A stretch of DNA of 64,000 bases from assembly GCA_964199315.1 (NCBI GenBank), contig OZ116706.1, positions 27,838,001 to 27,902,000 on the forward strand. Direction: 5' to 3'. The DNA comes from Orbicella franksi (Eukaryota). How positions within the stretch are numbered: position 1 is the first letter of the stretch; every line of letters begins with the position of its first letter. Made by a program: the position numbers and the translations under genes. The notes under the pieces are model-generated. The model did not search any database. It worked only from the letters and a program-made list of their open reading frames with translations, and was not told where the DNA came from. Positions 51,301 to 63,797 of the stretch are shown here, piece after piece.

Positions 51301-52029
51301 ATAACGTTACCGGGCGGTACATATATTGATATAAGAGAATTAGGCGCAGGCTCTTTGACGTTGTTTGCGTTTAGAATAAATTTTATACAGAGTAATTTTG
51401 TGACTATTCTACATTTCTCTTTCACTTTCGAAAGAGAGAGAGAGAGAGATAATTATAAAAAGCATTTGTCCAAAACAATATTCACATTTTAACACCTGCC
51501 CCGCCGTAAACAACAAGCAAAGAGGCAGGAAATAAAATAATTAACCAACGTGGAACAATTTTACAACGACCATACTGTTAGCTAAATCTACGAAAATGGT
51601 CAAGATCAACAACGTTACAGTTATACGACTTGGCAAAAGTTTAATTTAATGTGGGTAGAAAACTAAATAAACGATAAGTTGCGTATGCAAATTTGATTCA
51701 TTTTTGCTTAATCCTAGGTCAACAATAGCAGTATTCACTGGATCAGGTGATATTACAAACGGTGTACAAACCACGCGAAATGTGTTATTCAATGGCTGAA
51801 ATCATTATATTTCCAGATATTATTTTACTGTGGAACTTTTCAATAATTAGAAGCCCACTTCATTTTACGGCTAAGACAAGAACTTATTTTAACCAGATTC
51901 AAATTTCGGTGTGCTTCTGATGTCAAACACATTTAACAGCCGCGAACATTGTTTACACAACATGAAGATACTCGACGGAATCTGTAACCCGGGCCCAAGG
52001 ACTATTGCTGTAAGTTTCAAGTCGCTTAC

Positions 52030-52411
52030 CTTTAACCAGTGATCTAGTTAACTCGTTGTTCGCGGTCATAACTTCCAAACCAACCGACGAATTCATAACT
52101 GCTTTTATACATCTCACACACTCGATTTGCTCGAGAGCTTCTGTGAACTTCAGTCCATTTCTAGAAGATAGTGACGTTAGACCATCGAATAAACAGTCGA
52201 ATCCGCCGAGATTAAGAAATTCACTTAGCCATTCCTTGCTTGCCTTTTCGAGTCGCGGACGGATGCCAGAAAAATTCTTCAGCGACGGTGTTTTCAGTAA
52301 CTTAACACACAATTCTGGGTCAGCATCTGCTATGAGGCCGCTTACAACTGAAGAGACGTCGTTTTGATCAGAAATCCTTCGCCATTTTGATCTCGACGCG
52401 TTCAGAGCCAT
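52030..52411 (-). CDS. INF2: Formin variable first coding exon B (127 codons + 1 nt): MALNASRSKWRRISDQ...LVK
   Basis: ATG 52411; ADPELCVKLLKTPSLKNFSGIRPRL...WLSEFLNLGG...ECVRCIKAVMNS; donor AAAG|GTAAGC, phase 1. Confidence 0.92.
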
Positions 52412-53574
52412 TTTCGTTCCGCGCAGAAACTGCGACTTGGGACTGCGATGACAAATGAGGCAGGTTGTGTGCGCTTGTATGACGTGCGGGCCAGAGAAAC
52501 TATTATTTAGCCGGCCTTGCACGAAACACAAGTGCTGGGCTCCGAAGTGCGCAGACACTCGAAGATTCTTGACACGATAGAGGGAACAAAGGTTGCCAGC
52601 GACTTTATAACGGACCACTCGAACAAAAGCCGAGATAATTCATGTTTTGAGAATGTTTACAAATTTAAGCCGTGGGAATCGCGCTGAAATCCCTTGAGAA
52701 ATGTTTATTTGCTTTTAATAAGTTGTGAGGATGGTCAATATCCAACGTTAAAATGTGCCTGTCATTCAATGATATTCTAACGGTACCGTTTCCTGACTCT
52801 TTCCTTACAGCGACGGATCTAGGATAAATGGTGACTGATACAAAGAGTGCCTCCTAGAGGGGCCACGCTCCCTTAGGAAACGTTCTGGAATTTTTTTACC
52901 CCTACAGTCCATCTGAGTAATTCTGAAAAATCTGACCGATTTCTGTAAAAACGTTGGAAACCAGTATGGATCCGCGCCTGCCTTGAGTTGTTTTTTCATG
53001 AAATGAGCAGACAAAGAGGTACAAATCTGTTCAAATTCCGATCGATTGAGGTGCAGAGAAAGGGAAGAAATTATCTGGAACTAAACGTCTAGAATTACCT
53101 CTTATCGAGAAACTGTGAAAAATAATACAAAAACTATCAGCAAAATTAGACAACTCATTAACCTCTGCCTCTATGTCGTGCTGTCTTCTATGAATTTACA
53201 GCTTAAAACTATATATTTGTGCTAAGGATATTTGCACAACATAAGAGGGTTCTCTTGTGTGACCCTCTACCGGAAGAAGTCAAGAGCTTATGCCTGGGCA
53301 AAACACCGGAAGTGACGTAGGAAATGCTACATCCTGCTTTGGCCATCGGTGGAAACAATTCGCTGACAAAAGTTTATTTGCTGTGAATACAAACGAAGAA
53401 AATAAAGAAATATTCTACGTTGATAGTTAAGTATTCTCGATGCACAATCAGCCTCATCAACTCTAGCATAAATAAATTTATGTGTGTGTGTCCCTAACAA
53501 CGAGAGACAGACATAAAGACAGACAGAACTTGAGTAACTTGAGTTACCAAGTAACTCGAGCCTCGAAAAACTTG

Positions 53575-53980
53575 TTATTGATTTTCAACACCAGTTTTAC
53601 AAAGAATCAAGAGTTCAGAAATCAAAAGTTCGATTTAGTTCGACTGTCCAATTATTTTTGTGTGAGTCCGATTTGGTTTAGTCTGCTGGCAGCCGGTTTT
53701 TTCTCTTAGGGTCACTTAGACGAATGTTCAGTCGTCGCGAACGCAAAATAAAAGGACAGTATGGCAGTGGCCGAGTGGGGAAGAAGGTGTGCCGCGCTTA
53801 TGTCTCGTCCCATTCCCCTTTACGCTAAAGTGTCACTCCTCATAGCCCCTGCTGAATTTCGAGAGCAAAACAGACTGCCAGTAGTCTAGATTCGGTTCGA
53901 TTGCCGAACTTTAGTTCGATTTAGTTCGATTGAGTTCGATTGAAATACCGTTCGATTGGGTTCGATTGACTATGCCGGGA
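53575..53980. mobile_element. GTTCGATT-rich repeat interrupted by a nested MITE (53679-53888)
   Basis: Inner element has 22-bp degenerate inverted ends TAGTCTGCTGGCAGCCGGTTTT / AAAACAGACTGCCAGTAGTCTA and near-identical 9-bp flanks GATTTGGTT / GATTCGGTT. Confidence 0.6.
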
Positions 53981-55645
53981 AATGCGTTCTTCTCTGTTGC
54001 GTTATGTTTTTGGACGGTGCTGCAAATGTTCGCTCTTCAATGGATTCAGTATAAAATTTACAAGATTCTGTCCGTACAAAAACCAAAACCGTTTCTGTAA
54101 TTTGTTTATTTTGTACCTCTCGTCTGTGTTGTTGATATCGTCAGGTAAACAATTCGTCCACTAAAACGTATTACCGTTTTTGACAAGTCACGCCCGACTT
54201 CGGCACTGCGAAAACTTCGGCCTTAATAATGAGGACTAATATGGCGAAGCGTTCCATTGCAAAAATTTGCAATTGCATGTTTAGATACCTACACTTAAAA
54301 AGCTTTTCTTATCTTTTCGAAATGACAAACAAATGATTAAAGAAAGCAGACTTCTCCTAAAACAAAATTTCTTTGCAAGATCTCTTGTTGATAAGGATGT
54401 TGACCGTTCAGTATAGAAACTCTTTACTCTAAGTAGAATATCTTATTATCCCTTCATTTTATTTCACTAGCTGTCACAATCATGTTATGAATTCGTTTGC
54501 GCAGGAGATGTTTAAAAATAAATAAAATTCTCACGAATTCTACCCTCTGCATTCCAAAACGAGATCTTTTACAATTGGCTTTCGTAGTATGATTTTCTGT
54601 TGTTTTTTTTTAGATAAGAACTTAATTTAAACACCCACTCTGAAACCACATTTTGTCCATACAATAAATTTTTCATGCATTCTGCCTCAGTGCAATATCA
54701 CTTTTGGAAAGCAGGTTTTTCAAAGACAGGTGATTTAAAAATAATAGTCCTATTCGTCAGGTGTTATTGCTAGAAAAGCTGAAATTATTTTGTTACTGCA
54801 AAATAATTTGAATTCAACATCAAAGAAAGTCATATTATTTTAGTGAAACCGGGCTTAAGACCAGAAGAAACAACCATCAATTCACCCGTTAATATTAAAA
54901 TAATCTGTCAGTGTGATAACGAGATCTTCTTGTTTGTTTAATTAAGCCAAACACCTTTATAACGTTACTATTGCACTCGTCCATTCCCTTGCTCGAAGTT
55001 TAGATTCCCCTTACTGCTTTCAGTACATTTGTTATTACTCCAGTTGGAAGAATTTAGCGTCAGATCAGGATAATATTTCTTTATCGATGACTGTCTCTAA
55101 TCCTGTTACCTGTCTGCTTGGTTTTGTACTAATATTGTATGGAGAAATTGAATTTTGATCAATACTAAGATTTAAGTTAATTAACTTTTTTTGGAAGGAA
55201 TAAATAAATACACAGAAGCCTTAGTTTGTTCAGAAATTCAAAATATCATTGCGTGCACAAAATTGAAGCGGCCTATGGCCTGGGTTTTATTTCGTATTAA
55301 ACGTATGTTTGCAGTTTGCAACAAAGAGGGGTGCTTGTTCTCGAAACTGTGGGAAGTTGCAGAAAACCTGTGACAATACGGTATGAACTGTGAAAACTTT
55401 TGTCTAATATATGAAAATAAAATTTATAGGTGATATACACTGCTCGCAAACTTTCTCGTACCCGGCTTTGGAATTAACTAAAAAATATCATCAATTGTTT
55501 CCTCTCTCTACGTATCACAGAACTGAAGCACTACCAGCAAAAATAAAATCTCCTCTCGATTCGTATACAATTTTTAATTCAAGGTTGACTCCACTACAGT
55601 CATAACGACACTAGGTAAATTAAATTTTCAAGAAATTGACGTTAC

Positions 55646-56024
55646 CTCTGCCAAGTCTTCGTGTAAAGTCGCGATTTCCCACCATGAAATCAAGACCAGT
55701 TTTCGAGTTCATGACCGTCTTGATGCAAGACGCACATTCCAAAAGCATAACCGCCGCATCGAAGAACAACTTCAACGAGCCTAATTTTTCCAAAGCGTCA
55801 AGCAAAACCTCCATTCCGTTGTTCTCAAGAAATTGAAGCATCCAATCCCTCGAAGAGTTCTTCAACTTGCTATGGATCCCACAGTAGGTTTGAACAGACG
55901 GAAATCGCAACAAACGAACACAAAATTCCGGGGAGACTTCGCTCGAGAGCAAAAACCCTTGGTCTCCATCGGATAGTCGCCTCTTTAAAGACGACCATTT
56001 GTTTTTAACGGTAAATCTCGACAT
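55646..56024 (-). CDS. INF2: Formin variable first coding exon C (126 codons + 1 nt): MSRFTVKNKWSSLKRRL...LGR
   Basis: ATG 56024; SPEFCVRLLRFPSVQTYCGI...WMLQFLENNGMEVLLDALEKL...ECASCIKTVMNS; donor AGAG|GTAACG, phase 1. Confidence 0.92.
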
Positions 56025-57836
56025 TTTCGACGAATTTTAAACGGAATACATTTCACAGGTAGTTTTGGTGCCCCCTGGGGCACAGAACATTAAAATGCCA
56101 ATCATTACATTGTCCATGGCAACAAAGTAGGCTTACAGCACCTCAGGTCGGCCTGTTTTGACGATAAAAGCCAACAGAAAGTTTCGCATGCGAAAAAATG
56201 AAAGCGGATTTCAGGTGACACCTAGGGGAATTTTTAATAGTTTTTTGTTCCATATTCAAATAAGTCATTAAAATTGCAGCTGGCACATAAAGTGCCTTTT
56301 TAAAAAAAACCAGCTAAAGTTTAGCGAGTGGCATTTTGGGCGGTAGGTCAATAATCCTTCTTTTCTCCAAAACAGTTGGCGTTAAGCGTACAGTTTGGCG
56401 TTCATTCTTTGAGAATTAAATCTAAAAGAAGTTAAAATTCAGTAAAATGCAGTGTTTTAAAGATAACGATTTTGATAAATTCTTGAATCACATTTAGTCT
56501 AACTGCGCGATGAGTTCAGAGCGGTTGGCCGTGCAATGGCCTCATTCTTAGGTACCGGGCTCTAGAACAATTGTTTCACATTGTTGCCTCTCACCACCCG
56601 AGTCTATTAGTGGGTAGCATGCCGAGAAAACGTAATAAAAGTATTGCGGGATTTGGGGAAGATGAGCTTTGTGTTAGACCACAAAGAGATCTTCAGGTAA
56701 TACAACAGCTGAAAAATGAGGGTTCTTCAGCTACGCGCAACACAAGCGTGGAAGTGTCACACACACGCGTGGCGATCGCGATCGCGCGTAACTGACAGGT
56801 CTGACAGATCCAGGTCAGTCCAGTCAGTATAAGGGCTGTCGTCATTACCAAGCCGCCCGTGCGCAGCTCCCGGCTCGAATTAATTTGATTGCATTTTTGG
56901 CATGTGTGACCAAAAGTATGTATTAGCGTAAAACTAAGGTCATATAATAATGCTTCAGGGTTAGGGTCTTTTGAAAAATATCGCTTTAATTGTGGAATTC
57001 TCCTAAAGCTATGAATATGATGAGCGTGGACCTTTTCATCCGATTTTCCACGTGGTCTACGACTGTTTCTCGCGGTGTCCGCTTTTCTGTCCGCTTTTCA
57101 CCTCAGGAAAGAACGCGGGCTCACTTTCCGGAAGGCTTATAATAGTTTGGTCGGTCACGTAAATCCCTCTTCCGTAAAAAAAATTGATTAACAAAACCTT
57201 GTAAAAGAAAAGAGATTCGTTTTTCTCGGAACTGGCTCAAAATGATAGAATGGAAATTCAAACCTTGCTGCGGTATAACCTGAAATATTACTTGTAATCG
57301 TGATTCCAGTTTCCGGTAAACGTCCCAATTGAAAATCCGGGGACACGAAATACCACACTTATAAAAATAAACAAACGATTTTAACGGTAAACATTTATAT
57401 TATTTCAGCTCCTTTCTGCTTTGAATTCGGCAGATCAGATCGTTCATTTAGGGGTTCAAATGATGATTGCTTTGTTCTGGAGTGTCTCGTGTTTAGTTTT
57501 GACCAAAAGAACATGATCGTAGGAGTCATGATCAATGGAGCATTTTACACGAACCGTGAATTCCCACATGAGCAATGCTATTTATAACACAGCTGAGTAG
57601 AAAACACAATAGAGACACTTTCAAACGATTTCTCACTTAACAGCACACTAGCATCGACAATAATATGAAACGAAAATCTCCTTGTACAAGTGGAAATTAA
57701 AACATGTGCAAACTGAACTCTCTGACATGCAACAAGTTCACTGAGATCACACCCCGAGGCACACATTTCTGGTTTGCTTCTAGCTGCAGTAAAGCTTAAG
57801 CAAGCACAAATAATCTTATAGAAAAGAAATCCTTAC

Positions 57837-58243
57837 CATAAACTAGCTGACAGACGAGATCTGGCGATGACAGGAAGTAAAACACGCCAGCTTGAGAGTT
57901 CAGTACTGCTTTAATGCACTGAACGCACTCGAGCGCCACAAAAGCATCCATGAAGGCGATGTGGTAATTTTGAGCTGACAAACGAACCGAGAGAATCTCT
58001 AACGCGTTCATTAACACATCTAACCCTCCAAGGTCGAGGAACTCTGTCATCCACTGGCTGGAACATTTCGAGAGTTTGGGATGAAGCGCGGAAAAGTTCT
58101 TCAACGACGGTATACGAAGAAGACTGACGCAGTTCTGGCTCGATGCTGCTGAACTGTCCTTTAGCTTGTTCGTGTGAATCAACAAAGACATTTTGCTGGA
58201 AAATAGGCGACTTTCGAATTCTTTGCCAGCCTGAATTTTCCAT
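57837..58243 (-). pseudogene. INF2: Formin variable first coding exon D, frameshifted near 58131 (apparent 2-nt deletion); a second ATG at 58191 is in frame with the constant region
   Basis: The frame from ATG 58243 gives MENSGWQRIRK...SSIEPEL; the homology continues as CVSLLRIPSLKNF...ECVQCIKAVLNS...LVY in another frame. Donor TATG|GTAAGG. Length 407 nt; adding 2 nt gives 136 codons + 1 nt, phase 1. Confidence 0.8.
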
Positions 58244-58705
58244 GTCTTAGCAGAGAACGGTAAAGTTTGCTATTTCCGTACTGTGGTTCTAATCTCCCCA
58301 CTAACAGATGTCAGTCTTTTATACTTAATATGCAACCCTCGCTATTCGATCACGTTCAAACCTATTGAAGACGTGACCAATCAGAATTTCGTTACATTTA
58401 TGGGTGCAATTCCGGTGCAATTTTAAAATTATAAAACTGTCCGGGTTTTTTAGGACGCCTAAAAGCTTTCTTTCGCCTACTTAGTAAATCTAAATAAAAA
58501 CTTCTTTAAAAGTTTCAAGGCCTTTTGCATTGAAGGTTTCTTTCACAGTAACGTATCAATCGTGACTGAGATTTCAGGAAGTCTCTCGAATAAATCGAAT
58601 GACTGTAGAAACATGGCGGCCTTGGGTTAACAGGGGTAGTCGATAACCTCTGAAGATGCCAGACAAAAAAAGATCACCTACGGTGCTTTGAAGGGGGCGA
58701 AGTGG

Positions 58706-58834
58706 CGAAATGACGAAATGGCGCTGAGGTTAGCTGCAAATATCACTGACCGGCTCAATAATTGTGAGGATTAACCCTCACAGACACCCGTATCCCACAT
58801 TGACTTTTACCCGTAGTGCCATTTCGTCATTTCG
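58706..58834. repeat. Perfect 17-bp inverted repeat (CGAAATGACGAAATGGC) flanking a 95-bp spacer; probable MITE remnant
   Basis: 58706-58722 is the exact reverse complement of 58818-58834. Confidence 0.7.
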
Positions 58835-60386
58835 AAATTCGTGTTTTAAACACGACCCTCTGAAGAGTGAGATTTAAATTTCTAAGGGGAGCTGACCGTC
58901 ACACGAAAGTCGAATTCAAACCTCAACTGCTTGACTTCTACTTAGTTCAAGATGATGCACACGTTGTGAAATATGAAGCAGAGATTCAAGTACATGCGAT
59001 TGGTTCTGAAGACCTGTCAACCTTTACAAAGAACGTTGTATGACATTTTACCCTTCATTGTAAGTTATAACTAGCGCTTCAGAAAACAATTCTAGGACCT
59101 TCTGTGATTGTTGGGCCCGATCTGTGGAGGCTACTCAGGCATCTACAAATGAACCATTTCCAATGGATCGCGTGACCTGATGAAAGCGATGACCGCATGC
59201 AAATGTTGATGGCGAGGGCACGCTAAAAGTTACATATTCATTTCCTAATAATTATGATTCTCTAAGGTTCAGTAAACAAAAGAGAAAAGCTGCTTCGAGC
59301 CATATAATTAAAGAGAATGTGTCTTTCTGTCACCTCTTTGAGAAACGAGCACGTTGTTTTCTTTCAATCATCGACTTAAACAAACAACACGAATTAACGT
59401 AATTAATTCTATGCACATGGCAGCATGTGCGAGGTTGAGGCGAATCCATTGTTTGTCAATTTGTAAATTACTGAAGCGTTAGTCCGTCTTAATAGACTCA
59501 ACGGGCAGCGCCTTTTGTACAAAACAGTCAGATCGCTTAAGTTCGAGTGTGCACATCGACAAAACCTTCGAATAGATGTTATCTTAGTCTATCTTTCCCT
59601 CAGGCCAAAATTTTTATAGTTTTAGATCTATCGACGGAAAGTCCTGGATTGCAACGATACTGTACCGGGAAAACTAAAATTATTTTTCATCAATCATCGC
59701 TAATTATCTTGAACTGATAATATGTACAATAGATTTCACATCGCCTCGTTCATAAGGTTCTCATCCAATCACATGTCAGGCACGATGCTCTTACGCATGG
59801 GGAAAATAAGTAAAACAAAAAAACAGAAACAGTTCAAGAAAATGTCACTTTCATAGCCATAAATAGACTTTCTAGAGAATATGTTTTTCATAGCCGAAGT
59901 CGTTATATTCAGCCGTAGATCAGTCAGAAATTTGCATGTTGAGAAGGGTCCACTTCATTTGGCTTTCAGCTGCATGAAATTATCTTAACATCACGCAAAC
60001 ATCTCAAGCTATTTACCAAATTCATTGAAACTGGCAAACACTCATTGTCTTGATTTTTCTTTGACATCGAAGTTTAACTTTTAATGATACTTTGCCATAG
60101 AAAACACTTCACAAAATCTGTGAAAGTCGTTCAGTTATGTAAATCGATTGCAAATGAGGAGTTCGGAATTTTCAGATGATAAAAAAAAACATTGAAAACA
60201 TTAGGGATCTGTTAAGACTGTTAATAACTAAAGGAAAATTATTAAAAGCGCAAAAAATTACACCAGATAAACCTATCATTAAATTTTACGTAGGTTATCT
60301 TCGTTATTTGTCGACATCAAATACTCTACTCTTCAAGCACAACATCATTAAGCGAGATAACGATAGCAATGTTAAACTTTACGTAC

Positions 60387-60783
60387 CAGTAACTAGTTGA
60401 TTTGCTAGCGAAGAATGGTTGCTCATGAATTCCAATCCGGTCACATTATTCAAGACAGCTTTAATGCATCGTACACATTCAAGTTGTAGAAATGCATCGG
60501 AAAACTTCGCCAGGCCGCGCTCGCTCAGTTTTTCGAGAACTTCAAACAGCGAAGTTAACCCTCCAAGTTCCAAGAACTCGGTCAGCCATTTCTTCGAACA
60601 ACCTTCGAGTTTCCTAATCAAACTTGCGTATGTTTTAAGCGAGGGAATTCGCACAAACTTGATGAATAACTCCGGCTCTACTTCTTTCAAATCGGTGAGC
60701 AGTTCAAGAGTTTCTTGGCCATCCGTTTGCTCGCTGATATCGAACCCTCCGGCTTTGCACAGCTTCTTCCAGTTCACCGACAT
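60387..60783 (-). CDS. INF2: Formin variable first coding exon E (132 codons + 1 nt): MSVNWKKLCKAGG...LVT
   Basis: ATG 60783; VEPELFIKFVRIPSLKTY...WLTEFLELGGL...LQLECVRCIKAVLNN; donor ACTG|GTACGT, phase 1. Confidence 0.92.
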
Positions 60784-63700
60784 CGCTGTAATTTCAGTTT
60801 TGGGGAGTTTACCGTAGGCTTCAGATCAGTTCATGACAATCGACCGGCAGGGCTTAAGTCATGCAAATCTCAACGTTTTTTTTTTTTTTCTTTTTCCGCC
60901 CACGATTCGAGAGGAGGTTTATGACTTATTCTATAACTGTTGATGGATACGTCTATTCACGTAATCGCTGTCATTTCCCTTTCCCATAGGAGAACAGTAC
61001 AAAGCTCACTATTAAAGGTTACGACCCTTTTCTTGCACGTAAGCGCACAGCAGACGTCAATAATAACAACGAGGAAGTCTGCAACGAAGCGTATCTCCCT
61101 GGTCCTAGCCTATTGATACCTCATTTTCTCTTTCAATCGAAGACAAACACACATGCTGGGCCAAATTATTTATTCAGTGGAAAGTTGTATTCCGATAATA
61201 ATACTAGGTGAATATAGCTATTTTTTTTTATGAGTCAATCTTCATGCCCCTAACCCCCAGGTTAGTTGAAACAGCAGGCCCATATATCCACCAACAACAA
61301 TACAAAATATTCCGGATATGGATAAACGATTTCCCCCAGTGCCCAGCTCTCCCCTTCCCTTCACCTCTTTCCCTTCACTTTTAGGACCTTTATCAGCTAC
61401 AGAACATTGTACAACTTCAAATAGAAAATTTTTCAAATTCTGCCAGTAGATCGCGTGCAGAAAAGAAACTTTCAATCTTCATCAGACGATGGACCATGCA
61501 GAAATGCTAGTATGTACCGACGTCCCGAAGTTCAAGTGCCGAACAATTGCTAGAGGAGAAGCGGAAGTCAAATCGATGTGTAGCATTTAAGTTCTCTTCA
61601 ACTTCACCTACCAACTTGAAAACTGTTTTTTATCTCAATATTAATATTGACTAATGTTATTTATGTCCGAAGAGACTGTTTTAAAGTCTAATGAACGTAA
61701 GCCAAACGGAGGAAAAAAAAGCTATTTTTAAACAGTTCGTCGATCGTTTTACCGTAATGTTGTTCCATATACGTTTAGAAACGATCACCGGTGTAGCTTA
61801 TGTCTGTGGAACATAATCGAAGGGAAAACTTAAAATCACTTTTCTGGGGAAGAGAATTTTTGAGAGCAATGTTGAAATTCTGTTTAGAACTTTCGAAAAA
61901 GGAAGGGATTAGCCATAGAGTCTAAAGGTCATTAATGTTTCATCAACAATTAAAATGTAATTTTGTTTTAAACCCAACAAGCAGAAGTTACTTTCGGACC
62001 GGTTAAAAATAGAAATGTCCCTAAATAATCTCACCAGGTGCAAAACTTGAACATTGAACATTACAATCTGAAAGTTAAGTTTCATCCTACTGACGGTATT
62101 ATAGATTATGATTTCTGAATATATTTTTCTAGAAGTTTTTGAAGAATGTATTATTGAGAGCAGCGCGCGCTATATCATTTGCCTAAATAGGAAGTGGTTG
62201 GCGACAGAATGTAAGGTCATTGACGTTTCACGGTACAGGATTATGGGCTCCACCCCAGATTTTCCGATAACATGATAAGTCAAAGATAAGAAGTATAAAA
62301 AATATGTATTAAACGAACCCGGCTGAGCAGAACTTTCCTTCGGCTATTGAGGGCGCGGGGCCAGATGGGGTTAAATGAGAACTGGCATTTACCATTTTTT
62401 CACTGGGAAAAGGAGATTTGATTCACTGGAGCTGGGGATCATAAACAAAAGAAACTGGAAATGGTATTGGGATTTGCACAAAAAATAGTCTGGAAAAAAA
62501 TGAGATTTGATTTGATTTGTGCTGAGAAATGGACGCCTCTTCAGGACCCTAGATATTAAATGTAAAAATGTTCGTTATTACTCCCCGAGCTTATCGTTTG
62601 GTTATTTCATATTTAATGCCGAAATAAATATTTGTCCTTGGAATCATAAGCGACAAAAATAACACATAAGCGAAAACGGACTAAACGTTTTATTACGGTT
62701 ACGCCAGAAACGTGTGGATCCGCGTGGGAAACCTACATTACGATGTTGAACACAACAAACCCGTTTTCCTTATCAAAGTTAATTCTTTGGTCAAGAATAA
62801 CTTTCAAGAGAGATTCATTGAAACCACAACTTCTCTAAAGTCAAAAATATGTTTTAGCATGATAATCTTGTCACAGGTTACAGCTGAGCAGTTCGAGTGG
62901 ATCGTATTGGAGAGGTAAATTTCTAAAGAAAAAAAAATTGTGAGCTACAAAGGTCACTGGTCGCATCATTGAGGTGGTCGGATTAACGTACTGGGTAAAG
63001 TTAGAAAGAAAACAAAAGTTGGGAACTCCAAAAGGAGGTCGTTATTCCAAAGGCTGTGTGATCAGTCTCAAGTGTACGGCATATCTCCCTCTGCAAGACT
63101 GCTTTTAAATGCCTTTTCTTGGATAACATCTTATCATATGGTTTTGAAGGACATCTAACTCCGGACTGGATGCAAAACAAGGAACCCAAAACGTACAGTT
63201 ATGCGTATTTAGCAAGTTGAAATGTGCAGACGAAACCAGTATTGCCGGCAAAACCTTCGTTCTGTGGTCAGAACCATATTGTCCATCCTTTTGTAGTCTC
63301 CTAGCCGAAGACTTTTTTTACGGTTCGCAGGTCCTCAAGTACTCAAAAACGAATTGCAAGTTACATTTTTCAGGACGAATACCTGTCTACCTGTCAGACA
63401 AGGGTGCCAAATCCCACTGCTTAATACTGATTAACCTCCCTAGTGTCATTTATAATATATAACCCCTTGATCAAGAATAATGGAAGTTGACTATCATGCA
63501 GATTTCTAAAAAAGCCACTGTTGATATTGGTGAACATAAACACGATTCCTTTTTGGCACATTTCTACTTATTCTTTGTCTCAGTCGATTTTTTTTCTTAG
63601 TGATGAAAAACAATTCGCTCATTAAATTTGGATGCATTTATGTTTGGCGCACCTTGTGGCATAAAAACTATTACCAGAGATGCCGAATTGTTTTTAAAAC

Positions 63701-63797
63701 TTTCATTAATTAAAACTGAAATATATATTTCGCTCCTCTCTCTCCTCAAGTGCAACCAGGTATCAATGACATAACAGGCAAACAACGATTTACCTAC

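Noticed and set aside
53880-53975. Short periodic GTTCGATT repeats superficially like a CRISPR array
   Set aside because: Eukaryotic context, 8-10 bp units and no unique spacers.
63001-63189. ORF with HLKAVLQ, faintly like CIKAVLN of the variable exons
   Set aside because: No other DID residues and no matching donor; judged chance.
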